From the NCBI RefSeq assembly GCF_006345805.1, contig NC_043011.1, positions 4,340,001 to 4,404,000 of the forward strand: a DNA stretch of 64,000 nt, read 5' to 3'. Positions 12,796 to 26,303 of this stretch are shown piece by piece (position 1 is the first letter of the stretch; every line of letters starts with the position of its first letter). Below the pieces are notes generated by a model, which saw only the letters and a program-made list of their open reading frames with translations, was not told the origin of the DNA and did not search any database. The DNA is from Octopus sinensis (Eukaryota). Both the position numbers and the translations under genes were made by a program.

Positions 12796-13809
12796 TATAT
12801 ACTGAGAAAGATTTGTAAAAGCATAACAGATATGCACGTCTACCAAGATATATATTAACATACACTCACAAACACACACACACACACACACAGTGTATGG
12901 CCAGAGCAAATGTTCTTACATAGCTGCATGGTAGTATGTAAGAAATCTCCAGGCCCATCTAACATTGCTATAAATGGCCTCACTGTTTCTCTGATATTGA
13001 TGGTGATCCAATGTTCTCGATTATATCTCAGCTGTTTTCTAACAGATGAATCATACATACAGCTATATATAAATGACATACATAAGATGTCACTTCACAT
13101 GGATGTATATAAATATATATATATATACATATATTGTTGGGGTTGTAGGTCAAAGCAGTTACGTGAGACTGAAAGGAGGAATATACAAATAGACTAGTAA
13201 CTACGACAACAAATAGATAAATATCTGAATAAACATGTGAATGGGTAGATGACAGAATATATTATTCATGATACAATTTCAACTGGCCATTCCTGTACAA
13301 CTTTTGAGTTCTAATTTATCAGTGGCTGAACTAACTGACTTGAATGAGCTTCTACAATGTGCACGTTTGTTGCATCCTTGATGTCATCTTACCAAAACCT
13401 GTCTTTATGTATTTCTTTTCTATGTTACCCTTTGAATACTATTCTAGGTGATGTGGACCAGGGATAGTGTTCTATTCTTCTGATATGTAACGGTCATTTG
13501 CTTCATCAAATGCTGACGTGACCACATTGGTATGTTAATTTGTAAATTACTACTACAGCTGGTTGCAGCTAGTTTGGTCTGGTCAATTGGCTTGATTAAT
13601 GAGAGGTTAAAAACCATACCCTCATATGAGCCAAAAGCAGATGGGCATTCTCTTGTAGTTTCAGTCCTGCTAAGCATTGCTGGGTGCAGTAATACTGTCA
13701 GAAGATGCTGAAATTGAAATCACCTGTCTTACTGTGTAATATGTCAGACTGGAGATCCCAATTGCAAGGGAATATCTGACAGTGCAAGCTCTATGAAATA
13801 TTTCATATA

Positions 13810-14040
13810 TATCATCATCATCTTCCATGCTAGCATGGGTTGGACGGTTCGACTGGGGTCTGGGAGAGCCAGGAGGCTGCATCAGGCCCAGTCTGATCTG
13901 GCAGTGTTTCTACAGCTGGATGCCCTTCCTAATGCCAACCACTCCGTGAGTGTAGTGGGTGCATTTTACATGCCACCGGCAAGGCTGGCAACAGCCACGT
14001 TTGGGTGGTTCTTTTATGTGCCACTGGCACTGGTATCACA
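13810..14040 (-). mobile_element. RTE-type LINE 3' end
   Basis: (ATC)n tail and GGATGCCCTTCCTAATGCCAACCACTCC motif. Confidence 0.75.
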
Positions 14041-14049
14041 ATATATATA

Positions 14050-14575
<526 letters not shown>

Positions 14576-15606
14576 TATTATTATATGTAGAAAAATACAA
14601 ACTGGGACAAGAACGTAAAACATTTAGAAGACGATACAAAAAACACGGACGGGACATTCGAAGCCTTCAATCTTCAGTCAAGAACCGGATCATCGTAGCA
14701 ATTTCAGCTGATAAATCTTGATTAATCTGATTAATATATATATATATATATATTGTATAGTTACTGGGAAGAAATTAATTAATGTTAGTAATAATATTAC
14801 ATAGATAAATCCAAAGGCAAAATTTTTATTGGGAGGGGGGGCTCTTACTAACTAGAATTTACTCTTTAGTTATGCTTTAGTTTCATACATGTTGTGTGTG
14901 TCTGTAAAATTTTTGGTGCCTAAACTTCTGAACTATTTTTCTATAAAATTTCATACAGAGAGTAATTTATACTAAATTTTTATTTATTTATGTAACTTGT
15001 TATAATTTTTGAATTTATTTAGCTATTTCTGCCATTTATCAAATATTCATATCAAAGCAAATTTTTCTCCCCCTTGCACATGTATTTTTAAAAAATCATT
15101 TTTAATTCTTTTGAATCTTATTTTTTTCCACTCTAACTGCATTTTTTGTTCTATCAGACATGAATGAATTTTTCTAGATATTTATTGGAAATACATCTTA
15201 TATAAATAGACAGTCATAAATGTGCAGTACAGTATTTAAAATAGCGTGAAATTAAATGACATTGAATACGAAAAAAAAACTAGACTGCTGACCATGTTCA
15301 AATAAAAAATGTTCTGTGATCAAATGGACTGGTATTGTTTGATATGAAGTTGAATGTAAAAGTATTTTTGTGATGTAGTTGTTAGTTAAAAATAATATTG
15401 CAATGACGCTATTATGTTTCGTTTTGCTATTTTCCTTGTTCCCATTCTTTTGTTTTTACTCAAAGAAGGGTGGTCTCAGCCTATGGCCCTTGTAAGGCCA
15501 CCCAAACTGAGGAGGTACAATTTAGGTAATTTTCTGTAAGGAACAGATGGACAAAATGGGAGTTCCAGAAGGATAGCGGTTCTGGGCTTGTAGAAATTTT
15601 AGTCTG

Positions 15607-16185
15607 CTAGCATGCCGGGCGAAATGCGTAGCCGTATTTCGTCTGCCGTTACGTTCTGGGTTCAAATTCCGCCAAGGTCGACTTTGCCTTTCATCCTTTC
15701 GGGGTCGATAAATTAAGTATCAGTTACGCACTGGGGTCGATATAATCGACTTAATCCGTTCGTCTGTCCTTGTTTGTCCCCTCTGTGTTTAGCCCCTTGT
15801 GAGTAGTAAAGAAATAGGTATTTCATCTGCCGTTACGTTCTGAGTTCAAATTCCACCGAGGTTGACTTTGCCTTTCATCCTTTCAGGGTCGATAAATTAA
15901 GTACCAGTTACGCACTGGGGTCGATGTAATCGACTTAATCCATTCGTCTGTCCTTGTTTGTCCCCTCTGTGTTTAGCCCCTTGTGAGTAGTAAAGAAATA
16001 GGTATTTCATCTGCCGTTACGTTCTGACTTCAGATTCCACCGAGGTCGACTTTGCCTTTCATCCTTTCAGGGTCGATAAATTAAGTACCAGTTACGCACT
16101 GGGGTCGATGTAATCGACTTAATCCGTTCGTCTGTCCTTGTTTGTCCCCCCTGTGTTTAGCCCCTTGTGGGTAGTAAAGAAATAT
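15607..16185 (+). mobile_element. SINE family B with three tandem 184-bp units
   Basis: Units begin GTATTTC.TCTGCCG at 15634, 15818 and 16002; the first two end GTAAAGAAATAG, the third GTAAAGAAATAT. Confidence 0.9.
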
Positions 16186-16593
16186 ATTTAGGTGATTGAG
16201 AGATGGTAAGGTAATGAAAAGCAGATACATTGAGTGGAAGTGGGTTACAAGGGTTTGCAACACTGAGCAGGACCCATTGTATTAGCACTTTTTTTTTGTT
16301 TTTGTTTTTCTCTTTGCTGCTTTTGCAGATTTCCATTAGACTCTATCACCATCCACTTCAATTTTTATGAATTTGAACTTGAAACTTGAGTCATAGTGAA
16401 ATTGTCATTAGCTGATTAGGCGACCATGCCTGCCCAAGCCCTCAAGCCCTCCACTATGGATGCATTGCAGTTACTCTCTTGATAGAGCTTGGTGATCATG
16501 ACCATTAATCTTGTAGGATTCCTCCACTCAGCATCAATGTACAAAGCACTGTTTGCTCAGTTGAGCTCTTCCACCACCTCTTCACAATATGCC

Positions 16594-16824
16594 TATTTCT
16601 TTACTACCCACAAGGGGCTAAACACAGAGGGGACAAACAAGGACAAACAAACGGATTTAGTCGATTACATCGACCCCAGTGCATAACTGGTACTTAATTT
16701 ATCAACCCCGAAAGGATGAAAGGCAAAGTCGACCTCGGCGGAATTTGAACTCAGAACGTAATGGTAGACGAAATACGGCTACACATTTCGCCCGGTGTGC
16801 TAACGTTTCTGCCAGTTCGCCGCC
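16594..16824 (-). mobile_element. SINE family B, full length with TSD
   Basis: 14-bp TSD CTTCACAATATGCC at 16580-16593 and 16824-16837. Confidence 0.93.
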
Positions 16825-17776
16825 TTCACAATATGCCATGAATTTGTGTATCCCTGGCAAGATGGCTGAATGGGTGCTATGCCTTGCTAAAGGGAGGCCC
16901 ATAACTATACATGGTGTGGTCATCACTCCATGAGGTATTTTCGAAGTACCAACATACCATAGTATTAGCAAAATTCAGCTCATCACTTGACTAAAGACTG
17001 TAACATATTGCTGTAAAAATTCTGCTGTCACTGTGTCTGATTAGTTCCTAATAAGTATAAATCTACTAACATATTTTACTTTTAGCTATATAGAGTGAAA
17101 TTATTTCAATTTCAAATCTCTTCCTTCATTATAACTTCCTGCAGAGAATCTCATGGAATCTTTATATTTGCACACCTGAAAAAGTTGCAATATTCTTGGC
17201 AATTCAATGGTAATCAATTGATGAGAAGATAAGCTGACTATTTGTTCTTCGTTATCACACACAGCAAGCGATAACTGCTGAACATGAAGCAATGATGTGA
17301 CAAATTTTAAGTGCAGTCCCAATTAGTTTCCATGTGTTCTAATAATCAGAATAAATCTCACATTTAACCTTTACTAATACCCTACACTAATTAAACAACT
17401 GCACATTTTATAATTACACATCAGCCTTTAGCTATAGAGGTTTATTCAATAATTGATAGTTCAATATTTCTAGATAATATGTGTGAATTAGTACAATTCA
17501 TGCTAATGACATATTCTCTGCAGGAAGCTTTCCTGTTCTATCAGTTCAGTTATTTGTGAGCTGAACCATGGTGCCTTAAATTTATACATGTATTTTTAAA
17601 ATACTACATTTAATTATTTGGGAATTCATTTTCCCCAGTGTAACCGCTTTCTTTTGTGACATGAACAAATAAGTCCATATTTTATAGAAAATATAGCAGG
17701 AAAATAAATAGACATATTTGGATAGCCCATAAATTATCGAAAATTTTAAGTTGACATGCATTGAAATATAAATAAA

Positions 17777-17865
17777 TGTAGTAGTTGTAGTAGTAGTAGT
17801 AGTAGTAGTGGTAGTGGTGGTGGTGGTGGTGGTGGTGGTGGTGGTGGTGGTGGTGGTGGTGGCGG
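17777..17865. repeat. (GTA)n(GTG)n microsatellite
   Basis: Direct reading; source of the poly-T/poly-H ORFs. Confidence 0.95.
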
Positions 17866-18038
17866 CAGCAGTAGCAAATTCTTTCATGTTTTGTGTGTAT
17901 GTGTGTTGTGAGCAAAACATAACCAAGTATTCTGAGAATAGTGCTGCACTTAAGCATGATTAATCAGTGACTGAAAACACACACATGCACGCACGTGCAT
18001 ACACACACGCACACACACATACATACATACATACACAC

Positions 18039-18075
<37 letters not shown>

Positions 18076-18359
18076 TCACTTGTGAATATGGCCTTCATAG
18101 CTAGTACTCTGTTTTCACTGATTGTATTAGGTGCCTATGTAGTTTGTGAGCAAATATAGATTCCCTTTCAACCTCAAGTTAGCAAAACCTTGAAGATGCT
18201 ACTGTAGGAGGGAAAGAAAGCTTTGCCGGCATTTGACTGGATTCATTTACTGCTGAGCTATGGCAAATGACATGTCTTGCTTTACTCAAGGAAACGGCAT
18301 CAGCATGTGCATCCTACTGATGTGATCATCTCTTCCAAAATCAGCAAGAAGGAGAATCT

Positions 18360-18607
18360 CTCTTTACTCTTTATTCTTTAACTTGTTTCAGTCATTTGAC
18401 TGCAGCCATGCTGGAGCACCGCCTTTAGTCGAGCAAATCGACCCCAGGACTTATTCTTTGTAAGCCTAGTACTTATTTCAATCAGTCTCTTTTGCTGAAC
18501 CGCTAAGTTACAGGGACGTAAACACACCAGCATCGGTTATCAAGCGATGTTGGGGGGACAAACACAGACATGCAAACACACACAAACACACACACACACA
18601 CACACAG

Positions 18608-18659
<52 letters not shown>

Positions 18660-18828
18660 ACATACGACGGGCTTCTTTCAGTTTTTGTTTACCAAATCAA
18701 CGCACAAGTCTTTGGTCAACCTGAGTCTATAGTAGAAGACACCTGCCCAAAGTGCCACGCAGTGGGACTGAACCTGGGACCATGTGGTTGGTAAGTAAGC
18801 TACTTACCACACAGCCACTCCTGCACCT
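18360..18828 (-). mobile_element. SINE family A
   Basis: Homology to the other copies; expanded internal (CA)(TA) tract. Confidence 0.9.
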
Positions 18829-19066
18829 CTATGGAGAACCAATTCAAAACCTGCAACTCCTCTATCCCAATTATGAATTTACATTCATACCAATAATCAT
18901 TTTGTGCAAGCAACTTATAAGTTAGGGATATCCCATCACATGGCTCAGATATTATGCAAATAGCAATCGTTTGCCTTTGCTTTTTCATTTACATTTCACA
19001 CTATATTAATTAACTTAATTATCAACAAAATGCTATTGATCAGTTTTTGTTCTTTTCTGATTCTAG

Positions 19067-19192
19067 GGTCCTTTAATCTATGTCAACTATGGCAGAATTG
19101 AAGACTTTCAGTACCTCCATAAAAATCATTCCGTAAACTTCAAAGGCTCAATAGTCATTGCACGCTATGGAAAGATTTTTAGAGGTGATAAG
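19067..19192 (+). CDS. FOLH1-like: Internal exon of GCPII/NAALADase-like gene (start of PA domain)
   Basis: ttttctgattctAG|...|GTAAGT; 126 nt, phase 0-0. Translates [42 protein letters not shown], the hallmark 'YVNYGR.EDF...[13 protein letters not shown]' of the GCPII/TfR family. Confidence 0.96.
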
Positions 19193-19534
19193 GTAAGTTT
19201 CGGATTTATGGAGACAGAACATGTCACCTTTCATTATTCGTTTCTAATTCAGCACAAACATGTTTGAGGAACACCAATAATTTTTCTTATCTCCTATCTA
19301 GAGCTCCACTTTCTCTTTTGGAAGAAATAATATCTTATAATATATGGATCACATCATAACTATATCTCATTAAATATTAAGAGTTACATTTACGTAGTTG
19401 TCATAAAAATATGTAGATTTTTATATTAATGATCTTTATTTTAATGCAACAACACATTTGTATTAATTTGGGAAGTATTAAGGTTAGAGCTAACTGCAAA
19501 TATTTAATTGGTTACATCTGTATCATAAGTTTGT

Positions 19535-19912
19535 GGAGGTGCAATGGCCCAGTGGTTAGGGCAGCGGATTCGCGGTCGTAGGATCGCGGTTTCAATTCTC
19601 AGACCGGGTGTTGTGAGTGTTTATTGAGCGAAAACACCTAAAGCTCCACGAGGCTCCGGCAGGGATGGTGGTGATCCCTGCTGTACTCTTTCACCACAAC
19701 TTTCTCTCACTCTTACTTCCTGTTTCTGTTGTACCTGTATTTCAAAGGGCCGGCCTTGTCACTCTCTGTGTCACGCTGAGTATCCCCGAGAACTACGTTA
19801 AGGGTACACGTGTCTGTGGAGTGCTCAGCCACTTGCACGTTAATTTCACGAGCAGGCTGTTCCGTTGATCGGATCAACCGGAACCCTCGTCGTCATAACC
19901 GATGGAGTGCTT
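19535..19912 (+). mobile_element. tRNA-derived SINE family C
   Basis: tRNA-like head (TGGCCCAGTGGTTAGG..GGTTTCAATTCTC); 3' half shared with family D copies. Confidence 0.85.
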
Positions 19913-22084
19913 CTAAAAACAATCATAACTTTGTTTCTCCCCAACTGCTTAAGAAGGTACCATTTTTTTTTCAATAACTGCAATAAATTTTTGCTTTTGT
20001 TTCTATTTAATTTGTTCTCTTGTAGAAAAAGGAGAAAAACTGTATTCTTTTAAGCTAAATAATATGATAAGCTGCCTATGTATTGTATATTCATATTATA
20101 GAATTTCCTCTCTGTGTGGATAGTAGTAAGGGTTGATCTATCAAGGTTAAGAGACATGATAAAACATTGATATTGCTCAATGAGACTGATAGATTTGGAA
20201 ATTTATTAACCCCTCAATAAATTCTTTTCTGTTTTATTTCATACGAGAATGAGTTCTTCAAGGTTGTAAATATAATGAAAAATAGCTACTATTCCCGTAC
20301 TTCTTGAAAATTCTTTACCCACCTGTCTGCAAAGAAGATGAATTATATCAAACAAAAATTTCAACTGAAAGACTGAAGTTTAGGCTAAAAAAATTCTCAA
20401 CTTTTGGCAATGAAATGTGGACCATGTTGCTATTAGACTCAAAGTATTAATATGAAAATCAACTGCAGAGCGGCACAGGCGATAGAGCAAGGAATCAAAT
20501 GCACAGTAGGATTTAGTTATGACACCTTATGTTTTGAGTTCTAATCCCGTTCAGATTAACTTTGACTATTATCCGTCTGAGGCCAATAAATTGATAGCCA
20601 GACTAAAATTACAAAGAATTATGGAAAGTAAGTCTTCAGTCATCGGTCAAAAATAACTAAATAAAATAACTACAGGTTCAGTGACAACCTGAGCCACTTT
20701 CTTTGAATTTCTTTTCTCTTTCGCCATACAAACTGATCCAAACTCACAAAATTTATTCAATAATTTTTGTTGAAACAGATCATTATCATTTTCATAGGAC
20801 TTCATTTTTTTTTTTATCCATTCAATCAAAATGTCATGTTTTCTCTTTTCTTTTTTACCGTCTCAAGTGGTCTCTACATGGTTACTCAACTCATATAGTT
20901 TATTGACCTCATGTCTGCTATTCCTATTGGAAAACATTACTTTCTCTTTTAATACCTTGTAGAATAGCAAATGTCACATAATATAAGTATTTCTTAAGCT
21001 GTATGGAACTTCTAAGTCTTTTTGCTTACCTCTGCTTTCTGTGATATGAGAGAAATTTCTCCAACTCTGGATAGAATGCCAATTTATCTATCACTTCTTC
21101 ACCTACCATAAATAGATTAAATTTTCTTAATGAGCCTATTTAATACAAAAACCATAGTACATATGTCACTGCCTCATAAAATCCTACATAATTACTGCTG
21201 CTTTTTAGTTCCAGATTATCCTCTACTGTCAGACATAAGACATATATATGTAGCTGGTTACATGACTAGGTGTAATCCATAAACCTAGTATTTCAGGTAT
21301 CCTATGTCTCCGTCTAGTGGAGAATGATCTGTAGCCCTCAGTGTGACAATTCAGATACATAGTCGTATTTATAACAGTTATATACACTATTTATGATAAT
21401 TATATAAATCAAAATAGGAAACTCAGACTTTTGGTTGTTTCTTATAACAGTGTATCATTATTCACTAATGTTATCCAAGCAGGATGCAATAAAATTTGTC
21501 CTGTACATCAACTGGTGGTCACCTTAAGTTATCTTGACCACAACCAAGCGAAACTATGACAGTAGCATAACAAGAGTACTATGGACTCGGTGGGTAGTGA
21601 GCAGGGTGTTATATTTATTAGAAATAGCTTTCAAGAATTTCATTAAAAACAGAGTAATTAGATAATCCATAAAATTTAAGGAGATATTCAAAGTATACTA
21701 GAAATATATAGAAATATAAGATACAAATGCACATAATTTTGAAAATCAATACCAGAAGCCTAGAGTAATAAATGTTAGTATAACATATTGCTTTTTTCTT
21801 TTCTACTGTCCTGTTTATTTTTGTATGCTAGTAAGTTTTTGTGGTGGCCACATTGGCAGTGGACTTGGTCAGAGCATTACACTTGTTATTTGGTGGCTGT
21901 GTATAGTTATACAAGTAATTTAGTACAGAGAAACAAATAAACTATACAGACATTCATTGGCGAAAATCAAAGTAATTTCTATATTTCTATGTTTATGTGG
22001 CTGTTGAACATTTTTTTTCCTTTTGTCTGTGACAAAGCTTTTCAGCCCTTGCAGTGATTTAAACCCCTTTTTTGTCAGTCTTTA

Positions 22085-22290
22085 TCTTTTTCTTTCACTT
22101 GTTTCAGTCATGCTCGGTTACTGCTTTGAAGGGTTTTTTAGTTGAACAAATTGACCTCAAGACTTTTTTTTTTAAAGCCTTCTACTTAATCTATTGGCCT
22201 CTTTGGCTAAACTGCTAAGTTACAAAGACGTAAGCACACCAATACCAGTTGTCAAGCAGTGGTGGGAGACACAAACACATACACACATGT
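22085..22290 (-). mobile_element. 3' half of a diverged family A SINE
   Basis: ACTTGTTTCAGTCAT..GCTAAGTTAC..CACACC..GTTGTCAAGC; the matching 5' half is at 23400-23560. Confidence 0.7.
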
Positions 22291-22479
22291 ATGAGTGAGT
22301 GGACAAATGAAAGAAAAGGGCACCAACACATTTAGGAGTTACATGTATTATTCAAAACAGTTTGATTCAATTCCTGAAGGAGTTGGGCTCTCATTAGGGG
22401 CCTGCGAAACTTGAGGTAGCATGGAGCCAAATCAAAATGACATACATACACATATATATATATATATATATATATATTA

Positions 22480-22975
22480 TCATCAGCATCATTTTACATC
22501 TGTTGTCCATGCTGACATGCGTTGGATGGTTTGACCAGGACTGGAAAGCTGCACAAGACTCCAGTCTGATTTGGTATGGTTTCTATAGCTGGATGCCCTT
22601 CCTAATGCCAACCACTCTGAGAGTGCAATGGGTGCCTTTACATGCCATTGGCATGGGTACCATTTGTGTGACCCCAGTATCTACCACAACTACAGTTTTA
22701 CTTGGCTTGATGGGTCTTCTTCTCAAGCATGGCATAATGTGAAACATCTTGGTCATCCGTCATTGCCTCCATGAGGCCCAACACTCAAAGGGTGCTTTTC
22801 ATGTGCCACCAACTTTGACCACCTTGGCTCTATGAGGCTCAACACTCAAAAGATGCTTTTCACCTGCCACTGGCACAGGTGCCAGTTATGTGACACCAGC
22901 ATCAGCCACAACTATGATTTCACTTGGCTTGACAGGTCTTCTCAAGCACAGCATACTGCCAAAGGTCTCAGTCAT
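22480..22975 (-). mobile_element. RTE-type LINE 3' end
   Basis: Homologous to 32750-33263 in reverse. Confidence 0.75.
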
Positions 22976-22976
22976 T

Positions 22977-23012
<36 letters not shown>

Positions 23013-23018
<6 letters not shown>

Positions 23019-23344
23019 CAAAATAAGCAACAAGGATATCCAGAGGTAATGCAGTACGATTGTTTCATGCAACTCCATTTAATTGAACAATGCAATCATT
23101 ACATCAATTTAAAATGTGGAGCAATCTTCAGCTAAAGATTGCTCTACATTTTAAATTGATGTAATGATTGCATTGTTCAATTAAATGGAGTTGCATGAAA
23201 CAATCGTACTGCATTACCTCTGGATATCCTTGTTGCTTATTTTGATTATAATCACCCCATTTTGAATTATATGGATAATACCTTACTAAATTCTGGTGCC
23301 TTTAACTTAAGTACCATATTCATCTGAATCTAAATTTTACTGAA

Positions 23345-23347
<3 letters not shown>
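23013..23347. repeat. Spacerless 238-bp palindrome plus tail between (TA)n tracts; probable Penelope-like terminal module
   Basis: Arms 23013-23131 and 23132-23250 with 2 mismatches; unique tail 23251-23347. Confidence 0.9.
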
Positions 23348-23398
<51 letters not shown>

Positions 23399-23399
23399 G

Positions 23400-23560
23400 G
23401 AGGGGAGCTTCTTTCAGTTTCTGTCTACCAGATCCACTCACAAGGCTTTGGTCGACCCAACCCTATAACAAAAGACACTTGCCTGAGGTGCCATGCAGTG
23501 AGGCTAAACCTGGAACTATGTGACTGCGAAGCAAGCTTCTTACCACGCAGCCACACCTAT
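23400..23560 (-). mobile_element. 5' half of a diverged family A SINE
   Basis: GCTTCTTTCAGTTTCTGTCTACCA..CACTCACAAGGC..CTTACCACGCAGCCAC. Confidence 0.75.
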
Positions 23561-24524
23561 GCATTAGGAAGGAATCATAACTGCATGTGTTTACCTTTTT
23601 CACGTATCTTTTGGTGATCTGAACCAATTAAAAGCCTCCAAGATGTGACTCCTGTATGGAAGAGAAGAAAGGGAGGTGGATCTTTATACGAGATAATCCA
23701 AATATTGCTTTAAAAGATCGGAACTATGTTTAACACAATGAATTTCTCTTTACTTTTTGACCAACAGTTGTTAGTGTTGGCAGCTAACTTGGTTGAAAGA
23801 TGGACTGCAAATGTCAAGATTATATTGCTACTGTAAACCATCTCAGTCATTCTACTGTAGCTTTTGGTTTAAACTTGCCATAAATCATACTTATCAAGGA
23901 ATTGATATGCATTTGTGCATCTGAAATCTGTGTATACATGCATGTGTACATGTATGGATGTGTAATCTGTACGGATTCGGCTACTCGTATTAAGTGAAAC
24001 TTATTCATTGTACTCTGACAAGCTATATGAGAAAGTAATGTGAAATATAAAGGCTATCAATAAAACAGGAGGGTGTGTAGAGTAGGATAAAATGTTAGTA
24101 TACATTCAGCTTGGTTAATGATTTATTGGTTATTGAGAGAGAGAGAGAGAGAGTTAAGTGGATTGAAGGAATATGAGGAAGCCAGTGATAGGGGCAGGAG
24201 AAGTTACACTGAACTGACTTAGAACCAAGCTATCTCTGTCGGTTGAGTATTCGTTCGAACACAGTTGGATTTGATTGGTCTTGGCTGCTTCTGTGTGTCC
24301 TATGTCTAATGTCTCAGAATGTGGAATCTCAGCAGATATGTTCCATTTGATTAGGCATTTGATAATCTCTGTTCCGGAGAGTCGTTATCAATCTGAATGA
24401 CCCTTGTATGTATATAGTATATTGTAACACACTGTGTAGTGCACAGAGGTGCCTTACTCTTCTTGTGGTGTGTTTAAGGCAAATGACTATAAAGAAAACA
24501 TATTTGTTAATAATACGCTGTCCT

Positions 24525-24732
24525 AAGGGCAGCAAACTGGTAGGACCCTTACTGTGCCAGGCAAAATGCTTGGCAGCATTTCATCCATCTTTGTATTTTG
24601 AGTTCAAATTCTGCTGGGGTTGACTGTGCCTTTCAGCCTTTCGAGTTCAATGAAATAAGTACCAGTTGAGCACTGGGGTTAATGTAATCAACTTACCCCT
24701 TCTCCCGAACTTCTGCCAAAATTTGAAACCAG
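24525..24732 (+). mobile_element. SINE family B, diverged
   Basis: Family motifs; imperfect TSD AATAC(G/A)CTGTCCT on both sides. Confidence 0.7.
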
Positions 24733-24764
24733 CAATACACTGTCCTGCTGTATACAGTGGTGAA

Positions 24765-25091
24765 TGTGAGGGCGCGTGGCTTAGTGGTTAGGGCATTCGG
24801 CTCATGATCGTAAGGTTGTGAGTTCGATTCCCGGCGACGCATTGTGTCCTTGAGCAAGGCACTTTATTTCACATTGCTCCAGTCCACTCAGTTGGCAAAA
24901 ATGAGTTGTACCTGTATTTCAAAGGGCCAGCCTTGTCATACTCTGTATCACGCTGAATCTCCTTGCGAACTACATTAAGGGTACACATGTCTGTGGAATG
25001 CTCAGCCATTTGCACGTTAATTTCACGAGCAAGCTGTTCCGTTGATCGTATCAGCCGGGACTCTCGTCGTCGTAACCGACGGAGTGCTCCC
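24765..25091 (+). mobile_element. tRNA-derived SINE family D with TSD
   Basis: Head GGCGCGTGGCTTAGTGGTTAGG..GAGTTCGATTCCC; CORE-like TGTGTCCTTGAGCAAG; TSD TACAGTGGTGAA at 24753-24764 and 25092-25103. Confidence 0.9.
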
Positions 25092-25139
25092 TACAGTGGT
25101 GAACAACACCTACTACTTGTATTATGTATACAGAATGAA

Positions 25140-25342
25140 AGGTGGCGAGCTGGCAGAATCATTAGCATGTCAGGCAAAATGTTTAGTGGCATTGCATCCG
25201 TCGTTACGATGTTACCAAAGTGGACTTTGCTTTCAACCTTTGAGTGCCAGTAAAATAAGTACCAGTTGAGCACTGGGGTTGATGCAACCAACTATCCCCT
25301 CCTCCAAATTTCAGACTTTGTGCTTATTGTAGAAAGGATTAT
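25140..25342 (+). mobile_element. SINE family B, diverged with internal deletion
   Basis: GGTGGCGAGCTGGCAGAATCATTAGCA head; AAGTACCAGTTGAGCACTGGGG body. Confidence 0.7.
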
Positions 25343-25876
25343 CTATATAGAGTCACAGTCCCTTCGGTGGTTCACTAGTGGACTCATCCAGTACTATTTA
25401 TGAATACTGGAATGTTACTATGTTGTTGCTCTCCTATAAGAAATAGCTAGGTTTCCCTCAAGTCACCTGTTATCATCTTAAAAGAGGAAAGTGACATTAG
25501 ATAATTCAATCCCTAGATAAAATATGTGTTTTTAATGAGTTGGGTTAGGCATGGCCGGAATGTCTATGACAATAGATCTGACCAATAAGAGTTAACCTAG
25601 AGCTAGGCAGTAACCTCTGTAGAGTTATACTGACTGAGCCAGTGAGAGCTAAGTAACTTGTCCAAGGACACAATGGCAAAACAGCAAACCCTTGAAATGG
25701 AAGGCCATAATTGACACCTGCTGCTGCTGCTGCTGCTGGTAGATTCGGTGGTAGCAGTGGTGGCGGTAGTAGTAGTAGTAGTAGGAAGAGAAAAACCCAT
25801 TTTAATCCTCCATATTCCATGCAGCAGACAATAATACCAAGAGAAGGAAGAACTGGCACAATAGTTGCAAATATAT

Positions 25877-26303
25877 ACTCTTTTACTCTTTTACTCTTTT
25901 ACTTGTTTCAGTCATTTGACTGCGGCCATGATGGAGCACCGCCTTTAGTCGAGCAAATCGACCCTGGGACTTATTCTTTGTAAGCCCAGTACTTATTCTA
26001 TCGGTCTCTTTTGCTGAACTGCTAAGTGACGGGGACGTAAACACACCAGCATCGGTTGTCAAGCAATGCTAGGGGGTACAAACACAGACACACAAACACA
26101 CACACACATACATACATATATATATAAATACATATATACGACGGGCTTCTCTCAGTTTCCGTCTACCAAATCCACTCACAAGGCATTGGTCGGCCCGGGG
26201 CTATAGCAGAAGACACTTGCCCAAGATGCCACGCAGTGGGACTGAACCCGGAACCATGTGGCTGGTAAGAAAGCTACTTACCACACAGCCACTCCTGCAC
26301 CTA
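25877..26303 (-). mobile_element. SINE family A, full length
   Basis: Homology to the other copies. Confidence 0.92.

Noticed and set aside
14577-14737. TA-flanked 160-bp block as another ribozyme module
   Set aside because: It looks like a retroelement terminal fragment, but CTGAAGA and GAAA occur in the wrong order and I could not build a fold.
19535-19610. tRNA genes at SINE heads (also 24770 and 35763)
   Set aside because: A/B boxes are present but there is no complete cloverleaf, and they run directly into SINE bodies, two with TSDs.
21235-21350. Possible minus-strand hammerhead (CTGAGGG..GAAA..hairpin)
   Set aside because: Core A9 is missing, there is no convincing helix II, and the cleavage triplet is not in register.
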